Source: Bdellovibrionota bacterium (GTDB taxonomy: Bacteria > Bdellovibrionota > FAC87 > UBA2466 > JACKAF01). Taken from it: a stretch of DNA of 64,000 bases. The position numbers were made by a program, and so were the translations under genes. This document shows positions 40,200 through 50,340 of the stretch, in pieces; position 1 is the stretch's first letter, and every line of letters starts with the position of its first letter. Under the pieces are notes generated by a model. The model was not told the origin of the DNA. It did not search any database and saw only the letters and a list, made by a program, of their open reading frames with translations. The stretch is taken from contig JAWKNY010000003.1 in the NCBI GenBank assembly GCA_041391485.1, forward strand, positions 104,360 to 168,359, read 5' to 3'.

Positions 40200-41942
40200 A
40201 AAGCTGGAGCTTTTTAACCATAGCTCTCGTGAGTAGTCTTGAAGACCTCTTGTGAACGCCATCTGAATTTGGCCTCGGCCTTTACAAGGCGAGGGGCGTC
40301 TAGTCTGGTGGATTCCTTTTCTTTTCGCCGCCAGTGGGCTGATGGAGTCCTCAAGCATCATCATCCTTTTCACGACTAATTTCGTTTCTTCCGTGCCGGG
40401 AGTCGGGCCGCACGGCGCAGCTAGCGGAGCGGATTTCCGGATTTTCGATTCCACTCATGGGGTCGGGGCTTTTGTAGTCATCTATGGTGTTTCGGCCCTA
40501 ATGCAGTACTCGATCCACGTTTTAGAAGGGATCCAGTCATCACCCATGTCGAAATGAAGCGTCGAGCGACGATCATTTCCGATGTCCTTAGGGCGCTGAG
40601 TGGTCGCATTTGAGTTCGCTCTTTGAGGTTGAACGTGCATGTTCTTCTTTCCGGCGCCTTGTACTCTCTTCGCATGGGACTGACCGCACTGCTCGCGATG
40701 GCTTCCTGATGGATTGGTTCTGCTGCGTTTGTAGCCATTGCTTTTGTGACCTCCTCTCCCTTGTTCTGGGAGCTTTGGTCGCTGGCTTGGCATACTTGGT
40801 AGTTTACCTGCGCATAACACGGACGATCCGTCTGAATGCGTCGGAGTCACCACGTGCCCACAGCGAATTACATCGAGAGTACGGGACATCCTGCACAATC
40901 TGAAACTATGGAAAGTTAGTGCTGATACTGAGCGTATCAACCTCAAACCTGAATCCAGCGTTGCAAGAGATAAAAAAAATCGAAGTAACATCCAAGATTC
41001 TGCTTAAGAATCGATTCATGTTTTTGGTGCTCGGTGGTTTTTTTGTGTTTGTTCTCACGCTAACTCGATTCTCACTTCAGGTTCGGCCATTAGCTCTCTT
41101 GCGATCATCGTTCTTTTCCTTCGTATGTCGACAAAGTTTTCAATATCCAATCGGTAGTTCTGTCGATGGCACATCACTATCCTGTGGTGAGATGCTAGTC
41201 GATATGAAAGGACATCCAGAATCGTAAAGTGGAACCGCTTGCAGGCACGTGCAAACAACCCCTAAAAACAGCGAATGGTTTTCGAGCGTAGCGTCTTTAT
41301 CCGAGCAATGGCCAGAGTGTGTTTACCGACTTGAACTTGGTACATTGAGAGGGGACAATTCGGGGGGATTTTAGGGCCTTCAGGGATTGGGAAATCTACT
41401 TTGCTGACCTGATTGTGGGTTTGCACCGGACAGCGGAACTGTTTCGTGGATGGAAAACCACTTCCGGTTTCGATCTCTTTACTGGAGGCGAAGCATCGGA
41501 TTCCTCACTCAGGACGCCCCACTCGTCAGCGGAACAGTCCGAGAAAATATTCTCTGGGGGGCAGAGTACGACAGAAGAGCAATTCCGCCGTTCGCTCAGC
41601 GATGCGAACCTCTCTGATTGGGTATACTCATTGCCCAAAGGCATTGATGCAAAAGTTACCTCGGGCGGTATTCAGTTTTCTGGAGGGCAACGCCAGCGGC
41701 TGGCTCTTGCCCGGGCACTCTATAGAAAAGCCTCTTTGCTCCTGTTGGACGAGCCAACCAGTTCGGTTGACAAAGAAAGTGAAAGACAAATCCTGAAAGC
41801 CATCGATCAACTTAAGGGAAACACGACCATTGTACTGATCACTCACAATCAGCAGATTCTCAAGTCGGCAGATGCCGTTTATACAGTCTCCAAAGGCGGA
41901 GTTGTGCGCCTTGAAGAAAAGTCGATCAGCGGTGCTGCATAG
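40200..41942 (+). pseudogene. ABC exporter (fused TMD-NBD), heavily degraded; only the C-terminal 175 aa of the NBD remain as an ORF
   Basis: 41415..41942 encodes the ABC signature LSGGQRQRLALARAL, Walker B LLLLDEPTS and H-loop ITHN. Walker A GILGPSGIGKSTLL is readable at about 41370 in another frame followed by a stop. 40200-41340 has no coherent ORF (decayed TMD) and locally low GC. Confidence 0.5.
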
Positions 41943-41957
41943 CTAGATAGGGGTTTT

Positions 41958-43241
41958 GTGTCACGTTCTGGAGTCAGTAAGATTGGCAAGGGGCTGATAA
42001 GGCTAGTTGCAGATCTAGTACTCACACGGCCATTCATTTTTCCTATCGGAGTCTACGCTTTTCTGACTTACATTGAACAAACCCTGACCAACAGTTGGGT
42101 TCGCGATTATCTCCTCTACTCGATCTTAGTCCTGATCTACAAGCAGTTCAAAATGCGAAGCGGAGTAACCCTCATCGGTGCTCTGCTTCTCACGTTTGGT
42201 GGACTAATGTGTGTGAGTGCGAGCTGGAATATTTTTGGAATTGGAGAGTTCAGCATTCCCGGTTTGATTGCAATCGTTATACTGGGGTCACTGCTTGCCA
42301 ATACAGACTACTCCGAACAGGACATCTCGGATCTTAGCCTTACCTTGTTCTGGGGGGGGGTCCTAACGACGTTGTACATACTGTATGTGTATTATTTTGG
42401 CGAGCCTTACTACGTCGCCGGTCGTCTTACCTTGGGAACCAGGGAGCATCATGAGGATCCCAACACCCTTTGTGCTTATCTGACTATGGCTCTGGCTGCC
42501 GGTTTTGCCATTGTGGGTTCCACCCGGGGCAGTAGAAAAGTTTTTATCTTCCTTGGGTTGATCTCTATCGTTATTGTGATGCTACTCACAGGCTCGCGCG
42601 GTGGGTTTGTCGGCATGAGTGTTGCTTTTGCGGTGTATGTCTTTGCTTCTAAGATCGACCGCAAACATAAGGTTACGATTGTATTTCTGTCCTTGATGGC
42701 GATTCCGAACCTTCCTGGATTCTCAGACGTGATGCAGCGATTTGATGACGACAGCAGCGGCAGTGGTCGAACCTACATTTGGAACGTCGCCCTGGCGCGC
42801 TTTCAAGAAAAGTTCTTTTTTGGCCACGGAATTGGTTCTTTTGAGAACCTCTACTATGAATTCGGGGCAACTAATGAAAAGGCCGTTCATAGTACCCAGT
42901 TAACGGCATTGGTAGAACAAGGGGTGGTGGGTTTTTCGTTGATAATGTTCATTACAGCGTATGTGTTGCTAATGGGATATCTTAATCTCAAAGGCACCAA
43001 GGCGGTTTGGTTGATGGCCGCCTTTTCGGGGTTCTATGTGCAGAGCCTTTTCTTATCGTTGCTCGATACTCGTGCTTTTTGGTTGGTTCTGGGCCTTTTT
43101 GCGGGAGTTGCCAAGAAAAAGCTTGGGCCCAATAAAACCAGGCGTACCAGTTATGTGTACGACGGTGCTGAACTTGGGGCGGTGCGCCGCGGTCGCGGGT
43201 ATCGGACAATTGGCTCCAGAAAGCCCCAAACATCGTACTGA
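41958..43241 (+). CDS. O-antigen ligase/polymerase family membrane protein (Wzy_C domain)
   Basis: 10-12 TM helices; characteristic block LLTGSRGGFVGMSVAFAVYVF and periplasmic loop; 427 aa. Confidence 0.7.
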   Translation: MSRSGVSKIGKGLIRLVADLVLTRPFIFPIGVYAFLTYIEQTLTNSWVRDYLLYSILVLIYKQFKMRSGVTLIGALLLTFGGLMCVSASWNIFGIGEFSIPGLIAIVILGSLLANTDYSEQDISDLSLTLFWGGVLTTLYILYVYYFGEPYYVAGRLTLGTREHHEDPNTLCAYLTMALAAGFAIVGSTRGSRKVFIFLGLISIVIVMLLTGSRGGFVGMSVAFAVYVFASKIDRKHKVTIVFLSLMAIPNLPGFSDVMQRFDDDSSGSGRTYIWNVALARFQEKFFFGHGIGSFENLYYEFGATNEKAVHSTQLTALVEQGVVGFSLIMFITAYVLLMGYLNLKGTKAVWLMAAFSGFYVQSLFLSLLDTRAFWLVLGLFAGVAKKKLGPNKTRRTSYVYDGAELGAVRRGRGYRTIGSRKPQTSY

Positions 43242-43242
43242 T

Positions 43243-44001
43243 CTAAGCTCTCCAGCCTTGTGATCTAAGGTATTCGAGAAACTCGCTTTTCTTTTTCTTC
43301 AGCTTTTTGAACTGGTTCTTGTCGTCATAAATAAAATACACGGTGAACTTTCCGCCACGAAGAGTCCAGGCTTTGATTTTCTGGGCATAGTAGCAAAGCC
43401 AAAGATCCTCGATAAACTGATACTGGACGGGGACCTCGTATAGTGCCGCGTCCATAAAAATACTGCTGTCGCAGATCATGCCCCCAGTCCCGCAGTAGTG
43501 GGGTCGTTTGCGATCCACATCACGGTCCCAATAGGTTCCCCCCTTTTTGAATCTAAAGCTCGTGAAAGCTGTGATTCGCTTATTTCTGTGGTGGAATGAC
43601 ATCGACTCAAGTGTAGTCGGATAGGCAAACCGTTGATCGTCATCGAGGAAGATTACGTATGGGTACTTGGAAGCAAGTTCCTTCGCAAAGTAAAATCTCC
43701 CAATGCCTCCTACGTTCTCAGAGCTGTGCTTTATCTCTACCGGAAAGCTCCACTGGCGAGAACGGACGATGGATTCGACGAGTGGGGCCTCTGCAGGGTT
43801 GTTGTTCCAGAAATGCAAGCGTATGCGAGTGCGGCAAGTCTGTTTCTCAAAATTTCCTAAGATGTCGGCAAGATGCTCGTTTCGTTGCCAGAGACACATT
43901 ACTACCGGTATAGGCTGACTTCCTACGCGGGGTTTTAGAAGCTTCTGTGCCGTACAAAATGTGAGCTCTCTTGCGTGGGTGGCAAACGCGCGCCAGTGCA
44001 T
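43243..44001 (-). CDS. GT-A fold glycosyltransferase (DXD type), family uncertain
   Basis: YVIFLDDDQRF (DxD) motif; context within the glycan locus; no close motif match recognised. Confidence 0.45.
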   Translation of the reverse strand: MHWRAFATHARELTFCTAQKLLKPRVGSQPIPVVMCLWQRNEHLADILGNFEKQTCRTRIRLHFWNNNPAEAPLVESIVRSRQWSFPVEIKHSSENVGGIGRFYFAKELASKYPYVIFLDDDQRFAYPTTLESMSFHHRNKRITAFTSFRFKKGGTYWDRDVDRKRPHYCGTGGMICDSSIFMDAALYEVPVQYQFIEDLWLCYYAQKIKAWTLRGGKFTVYFIYDDKNQFKKLKKKKSEFLEYLRSQGWRA

Positions 44002-44062
44002 TCGGTGGTTGGCTCCTCTTAATAATTAAACACCAACGCGAAGAAAATCAAAAGCAGAACGA

Positions 44063-44695
44063 CTAGAGAGACATCAATTTCGCAAAAAAACGCTTACTCT
44101 TGGAGACATCGGTGGGTTCGTACTCGATCTGGTTCTGTTGCAGGAAGCGGGTAACGTATCGGAAGATGCCTTCGGCGTCGTCAGAGGGCTGAATTTCAAT
44201 TTCAATCTCGTAGATCGTTTCGTCCAGAATCTTTGCCTTGTCTACTTCGATGACTAGTCCACTAGGTAGGCGGACGTGAGAACGCTTGGTCTTAATCTGG
44301 CCCAGGTAGTTCAGCTTTCGTGTGGCTACGGGAAGGTGTTCTAGGATTTCCTCAGGCAGCTCGACATCCATTTCGCCTTTTACCATTGAGAGCAAGTCAG
44401 TCACTTCAAGAGGAGCGGTTATTTCTCTGCGTATCTTGGGTGGGTGCTGGGTATTGACCACTTTTTTGGAAGGTATCTTTAAAGTGACTTCTCCTTCGGT
44501 TTTGTTGGTTAGACGAAAGCGCAGGCGGGTTTTTTTGTCATACAGCTTGAAGTCTTTGGTATCAAAATAGTGATTGCGCAGTTTGAGTACGCCCAGCTCC
44601 TGAACCTGCCTGAGTTGAAGGAGGCGGCTGTACAGAAGCCTTCGTGAGCGAGAATTTGTACTCAACTCGTCAGCGTCCGGATACTTCCGTAGCAA
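44063..44695 (-). CDS. CYTH-like (triphosphate tunnel metalloenzyme) domain protein, putative
   Basis: Alternating charged beta-strands (LRFRLTNKTEGEVTLKIP, TIYEIEIEIQ) reminiscent of the CYTH/CyaB fold; weak by-eye assignment. Confidence 0.35.
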   Translation of the reverse strand: MLRKYPDADELSTNSRSRRLLYSRLLQLRQVQELGVLKLRNHYFDTKDFKLYDKKTRLRFRLTNKTEGEVTLKIPSKKVVNTQHPPKIRREITAPLEVTDLLSMVKGEMDVELPEEILEHLPVATRKLNYLGQIKTKRSHVRLPSGLVIEVDKAKILDETIYEIEIEIQPSDDAEGIFRYVTRFLQQNQIEYEPTDVSKSKRFFAKLMSL

Positions 44696-44740
44696 AGTAG
44701 TTGGGCAATGCGGGTTCGATATATGGGGCGACAGCCTCTC

Positions 44741-46508
44741 TCAACATAGAGTCGACACACTCCTCCTCCCGGCGCGCAAGAAGTACCAGAAATCACGTTG
44801 AGTAACGATTGTAGTTAGAATCAAACCGCAAATCCATAACAGCCCCAGCGGCTGCTGCATAATCCAGAATTGATGTACTGCATTATCGTTAGCGAAAAAG
44901 AAAAGATGCCGGTGTTCCTGGTTGATGACGTAACCAATGAAAGGCGGCGATTGGGATTCCGGTGGCGGTCTAAATATGATGACTGCCGATCGCGGTAATC
45001 CGTTGGAATCTGGCCACCGGCTAGTCGGATTCTCCCGACTGCGAGAACGTTCGCCGGGGGTGTTGCATTGACAAGAAAAGTGTCTTGCCATCGTCACTAA
45101 AGCAAGGACCGGTGAATTCCGCCTCTCTTGGGGCGGACGCCATTTGGACTGCTCGGCCTGCCGCTGGCCCCGAAAGGGGGACGAGGAAGAGCCCGTTGTT
45201 CTTGAACGATGCGTACGGCGACGAGCCAATCGCACTTCCGGAGATATCAGGTGAACCAAAGATCCCCATGTGCATCGAATACGACGTTGTCGGGGCAGGA
45301 AAATCCGGTAGATTCCCCGCCGGTCATGAAGGTAGAGGACGAAAATTTTAGAGAACCTGACGTTGTTTTGCTCCTCTACGCGAAGGAGCGTGCCAAAGTG
45401 GTTTCCTTGGGGGCGGTTGTTTGTGAGAGCGACAAAGGCGGCACCCGTCTTTGATCCAAAGCACTCCTCAGGGTCGATCCAGCAGCAGTCGCCCCCACTA
45501 GGTGGGCGGCCTCGCGTGCGCGTGGATTAGCACGTCCAACTGATCCTTATACTTGTTCTGTAGGGCGGTGTGTTCCTCTCGAAGTAGCGGAATCCATCGT
45601 CCGCCACTCGTATCCGCGGCGTATAAGATGCCCGATTCCGAATTGTTGCTCCTTGAGACACCTGGAAGAGGTGGCAATTTGGTCCTCGGAGTCGTCCCCA
45701 GAATATAAAACGGCCCGCCCGTCCTTTGCCCGTGTGACCGTGGCGCCTTCGTGAGCGAATCGGCCGCCCGCCACAAGCTTCTTTGCTTTTCCATTTTTCG
45801 GGTCCACCCCCCGACTACCCAACCGTAGTGCTCAGGCGATCGGGGGAATACCGACTCCCAGCCGTACAAACTCGCCGCTGTTCCGTCACTATAGAAGTTG
45901 TCGTAGTTTTCCTCACAGGTAAGGACTGTATTCCATGGGGTGAGCCCGCCACTGCAATTTGCGAGTGTTCCAGTAGCTGCCCTGCTTCCTTTTATAGTGT
46001 GCCCTCCAGCGAACGGGATTTCGGTGGCTCCCGTCAGCCGTTTGTTTTTGGGAGAATTAGAAACGACTCGCCATTGCCCTGTTGTTTGACGCTCAATGTG
46101 GAGAAAGGTTCCGCCCACAGCATCCATTTCCTGAAGAACTTCACTTTTCCCACGCGGCCTTTCTGGCCGCTAAAAAGCGTTAAATGGACCGGTGTTTCGT
46201 GGTTGACCCAGAGAAGCGCTTCATTTTTGGATTGGGAGATGAAAGCGATAAAATCGTTGTCATTGAAGCGAACTTCGCCCTTCTTGTTCAGGGGGATTCC
46301 AACCTCGCAATTACGGAGTACCAGGCCTGGAGCCAAAACAACTCGATCCTCTGAATTGGGTGCCAGACCAAATGGAGGCTCGACACTTTGTTTGCCTGAG
46401 GAAGCCCAACGCGGCCTTTGTTGTCAGGCCGATCACTCCCAGGTGGAGCGCGGCCGAGGTACGGCCCATGAATCTAAGGAATTCACGTCGGTTGAGGTAG
46501 TTGTCCAT
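44741..46508 (-). pseudogene. Tat-secreted PhoX-type alkaline phosphatase (DUF839), multiple frameshifts
   Basis: Twin-arginine signal NRREFLRFMGRTSAALHLGV (46311..46508); LWVNHETP block; NCSGGLTPWNTVLTCEEN (PhoX NCAGG.TPWGT.LTCEE) in a different frame; at least 4 frame changes across about 1.77 kb. Confidence 0.6.
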
Positions 46509-46598
46509 TTGGTACTCCAGAATTGGGCAGATTCTAAAAGGTACGTATTAAAGTCGCAATAATACTTTGTAAATTGTTGAAGGTGTTGGAAGCGAGGT

Positions 46599-48517
46599 CT
46601 AGGTTGCACTCAGTCGGTGGGTTTTTACAAATGAGGCCAAGCAGGACAGAGCAAGGACTCTACTGGCGTGCCCTCGGCTTGTTGAATCCGATTCAAACTG
46701 CTGCCAGACCTTTCTGGGCAACTCAGTGTTGATCCCCAGGCCTCTCCACAGTTCCTGGTCCTCTAAATAGGAAAGGAGCAAGTTCCGTAGGGGGCCTCGT
46801 AGCCAAGCGGCCCAAGGGAGGTGGAACCCCTGCTTTTTTCGCAGGTAGATTGCCTTCGGAAGGTCTCCGACAGCGTCGACTAGAAGTGGCTTTGGGTAGT
46901 CCGCAGGGCGTTTCCATTTGCCGGGAACTCCGATCATGTACTCGAGAAGACTCCGACTTAGGAAAGGTACACGGAGTTCCAGGCTGTTCGCCATGCTGAA
47001 GTTGTCGCAGTCCCTGAGAAGAACATAGCGTAAGTAGGTTTGAAGCTCGATGAGAGAAATCTGAGTTTCGGGGGCGAATCCTTGGACACTTCCTCTCAGG
47101 CTCTCTACGAGAGAGTCATCGACTCCGCTGGTGTAGCAAAGAGTGGGAGCTTGCTGCGGAAACGAAAGGTGCTGTTCCCGAACAAAAATCTCGCGCCTCA
47201 ACAACTGAAGATCCACAATGTGACTACGACGGACAAATACGGAGGCCATCTTGTCAGCGTGCATAGAGGGTACTTGGCGCGCCAAAAAAGCTAGTGCCAC
47301 TCGTGCAGGTCCAAAGAGGTTCGAAATTTTTCTCAAGCGCAAGGCCAAGGGGACTTGCCAGAAGGTCGGGTACCCTCCAAAGAGCTCGTCTGCACCGAGC
47401 CCGGAGAGGACTACTTTTAGGCCAGCTTCACGTGCTGCTTTAGAAACCAAAAAAGTATTGAAACCATCTATACTCGGTTGGTCTAGTTTCTCTAGAAACG
47501 TGGGAAAGTCGTCAAGTAGATCCTTTTCCGTGCGTCGAATGAAGTGGTGATGCATTCCAAGTTTCTTCCCCAATTCTTTTGCGAGCCGGCTCTCATCCAG
47601 ATCGGTCTGCTCGAATCCGAGAGTGATGGCATCCAATCCCCTTTGCACTTTGCTGGCAAGGATAGCAAGTGCGCTTGAATCAATTCCACCGGACAAAAAC
47701 AAACCCACGGGTACATCGGAAACAAGGTGCTGCTCCAACGAGTTCTGTAGTAGCTCACGGATGTTCTGGACACAGGTATTTCGATCCGAAGGGATCTCTC
47801 GGTGGTCGGCTGTCGGCAGCTTCCAGTAAGGAGTTGGGGACTCCATTGTTCCGTCTTGGCGAACGAAAGAATAGGTCCCTGGCTCGAGGGAACGAATCCC
47901 CGCCACTAGGGTTTGGCTCCCCCACACGGATCCTTGGGCAAAATAGGAGCTAAGTGCGGAGCGATCGATCTGGCGCTCAATCCAGGGCTCACCTAGCGCC
48001 AGTAGGGAGCGCACCTCAGACGAGAAAAACAATCCTCCTTTGGGTGAGCGATAATAGTACAAGGGCTTTATTCCCATCCGGTCACGACACAACCAAAGCC
48101 TTCGGTGATCGGCATCCCAGAGGGCGAAAGCGAACATTCCTTCCAATTGATGGACGGCTGCGGGTCCCCAGGCCCGATAGGCCTTAAGAATCACTTCGGA
48201 ATCGCTTTCCGTCTCGAAGTGGTACCTCCAAGCGTGAAAGTTTATCTTGTACGGCGCGGAAGGATTTCCCCGTTGTACGTCAACCAGTTCTTGTCACCAC
48301 CCGTTGCTGAGCTGTCTGACATGGGCTGGTGTCCGCCCGGCGAGAGATCAAGGATAGAGAGTCGTGTGTGACCGAGTACGACTGAGGCTGTTTCATTCTG
48401 AATGCTTTGGACGCCTATGTCATCCGGACCACGGTGGCGTAGCGCGCTACTCATTTCATTTACGAGAGGTAGGGCTAGGGCGTTTGAAAGGCCGATGGAA
48501 CCTGCGATGCCGCACAT
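46599..48517 (-). pseudogene. asnB: asparagine synthase (glutamine-hydrolysing), one frameshift between 48194 and 48242
   Basis: N-terminal class-II GATase MCGIAGSIG...RGPDD (91-aa ORF) plus a 531-aa body with FAFALWDADHRRLWLCRDRMGIKPLYY and PP-loop SGGIDSS. Confidence 0.75.
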
Positions 48518-48562
48518 ACAGATAACGATAGCATGGCAAAATGAAAGGCAGAAACGTTTAGC

Positions 48563-49417
48563 TCACTCGGGAGTGATGCGACGCGTTTCTTGTTCGTGTG
48601 GGCGGGCCGCTAGGAAAGGAAGCCCAGCCCAATATAAAAAACTCCCGATCACCGCATGCTGCGCGAATAAGAAGGCTGACTTCAGTACGGAAAGCCCCAT
48701 ATGCTTGCGATAGATGCGCCATACCCAGTTTCCCTTGGCTATTCTTCCGTAGGACAGGCTGGACTTCCCGGTCAGTCGGTACCGCGCGAGGTCCATGGGC
48801 AAACCCGCTGCTGCTCCAGAGTTTCCTAGTAGCTCAAGCCAAAGTAGATAGTCCTCGTGTCCCACATTTCGGAAACGAAAGTCGCCTGCCCGGTTTCGGT
48901 CGATCATAGCGGTTAGAGCTGGTATCTGGTTGTGTTTTAGAAGAAGCTCTCGCGTGAGTCGAGTGGGGATCGGAATCGGGAGGCTGATTCTGGATTTGTT
49001 GGCGTTCATTTTTCGGTATGAAGTATAGCTGATTGCCGTGCCGGTCTTTCTCATGAACTCCAACTGGTACTGCAGTTTTTGTGGGAGCCAGAGGTCGTCG
49101 CTATCCAGGAGCGCTACATGTCTCCCACGAGCTTCCTTAAGCGCTGTGTTTCTGGCGTGGGCAGCACCCTGATTCTGCGAGTGAAAAAGCACGCGTATAC
49201 GCGGATCTCTCTTTGCCAGACGTGCGGCAATTTCGCGACTTCTATCCGTGGAGGCATCATCTACGATAATCAACTCCCACTCGGTATAACTTTGCTGGAG
49301 AACCGAATCTACTGCCTCATTCAGATAGTTGCCTGAGTTGAAATTGGGAAGAAGTATCGAAACGAGATTCTCCAACCATTGGGGGCGCTGTTTTAGCAGT
49401 GTGTTCATGCGTTGCAC
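48563..49417 (-). CDS. glycosyltransferase family 2
   Basis: VSILLPNFNSGNYLNEAVDSVLQQSYTEWELIIVDDASTD (GT2 N-terminus and DxD). Confidence 0.8.
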   Translation of the reverse strand: MQRMNTLLKQRPQWLENLVSILLPNFNSGNYLNEAVDSVLQQSYTEWELIIVDDASTDRSREIAARLAKRDPRIRVLFHSQNQGAAHARNTALKEARGRHVALLDSDDLWLPQKLQYQLEFMRKTGTAISYTSYRKMNANKSRISLPIPIPTRLTRELLLKHNQIPALTAMIDRNRAGDFRFRNVGHEDYLLWLELLGNSGAAAGLPMDLARYRLTGKSSLSYGRIAKGNWVWRIYRKHMGLSVLKSAFLFAQHAVIGSFLYWAGLPFLAARPHEQETRRITPE

Positions 49418-50340
49418 CCCTCCGAGAGGATTTTCTGGAGTTGCGGAAGGATTCTACGGGTGAAAGCAGCAGAACTCCCTTTGTTCATGTGATACCCATC
49501 TTCAAACTGCTCTAGCGAATAGGAAACGTCGGTTTCCGTTTTGATTAAGTGGCCACCATGGGATTGGATAATTTTACGTACTTTTTCTGGGATGCTGTAT
49601 GGATGTGGCAAAGGAATAGGGACGAACACGGTACAGGGTACACTCTGAGAGGCCTCCTTTACGAGTTGCTCAAAAAAGAAGTAGTCTTGTGCTCGAATGG
49701 ATTTTTGTCCCTTGAGGTAAGCAGTACGATTTAGCTCGTTTACATTCTTACGGAAGCCAGGAACAATTGCGGCCAGAGTCCGATCGCGGATCCTTTTTCT
49801 CATTGCAAAAAGAAAAGAGGCCTTGCTAAGAAGGAAATCCGCCCGCTGATCAAGAGTCAAAAACAGCTTTTCGAATAGTAGGGGCAAATCCTCCGATCGT
49901 GTAAGAACTTGGGCGAGTCTACCTGAGTCGACAGGAATCTGGTCTGGTACGTGAAGATCTGTAATGCCGATAAGTAGTACATTGGGTTTGGCGCCATAGC
50001 CGAGAACCGTGTTTTTCAGTAGAAAGTACCAGTCTGGTGAAGAACTAGCATCTAGGATCGCCTTTTCCACTGAGGTGGTTTTTTCATTTTGAGAAAGGGT
50101 TTCACGAAGAAGGTCGACGTCGATGCCTTCTCTGGAAAGAGAGTTTCCGAAAACCAAAATCCGTTGATCTGTCCCGCTGGCGAGGCGTCTGGGCAATGTT
50201 TTGAGGGAGTTAAAATGAGCCAGATCTAGAGAAAGGCGATCTTGGTTTAGGCGCAAGACGGACTCCGCTGATAGCAGCGACACCATTATGATGAGAAGCA
50301 CAGCGGCTTCCTGTTTAAAATTGGAAGTAAATAAACTCAT
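49405..50340 (-). CDS. SGNH/DltD-like periplasmic partner of the MBOAT acyltransferase (putative polysaccharide O-acyl transfer protein)
   Basis: Signal/anchor; ILVFGNSLS (block I) and C-terminal DGYHMNKGS (DxxH catalytic block); translationally coupled to the upstream MBOAT gene. Confidence 0.45.
   Translation of the reverse strand: MSLFTSNFKQEAAVLLIIMVSLLSAESVLRLNQDRLSLDLAHFNSLKTLPRRLASGTDQRILVFGNSLSREGIDVDLLRETLSQNEKTTSVEKAILDASSSPDWYFLLKNTVLGYGAKPNVLLIGITDLHVPDQIPVDSGRLAQVLTRSEDLPLLFEKLFLTLDQRADFLLSKASFLFAMRKRIRDRTLAAIVPGFRKNVNELNRTAYLKGQKSIRAQDYFFFEQLVKEASQSVPCTVFVPIPLPHPYSIPEKVRKIIQSHGGHLIKTETDVSYSLEQFEDGYHMNKGSSAAFTRRILPQLQKILSEGCNA

Noticed and set aside
40170-41400. About 1.2-kb region without a convincing ORF; considered ncRNA or intergenic spacer
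   Set aside because: The downstream frame carries a degraded Walker A and then an intact ABC signature/Walker B, so this is most simply the decayed transmembrane domain of the ABC exporter pseudogene
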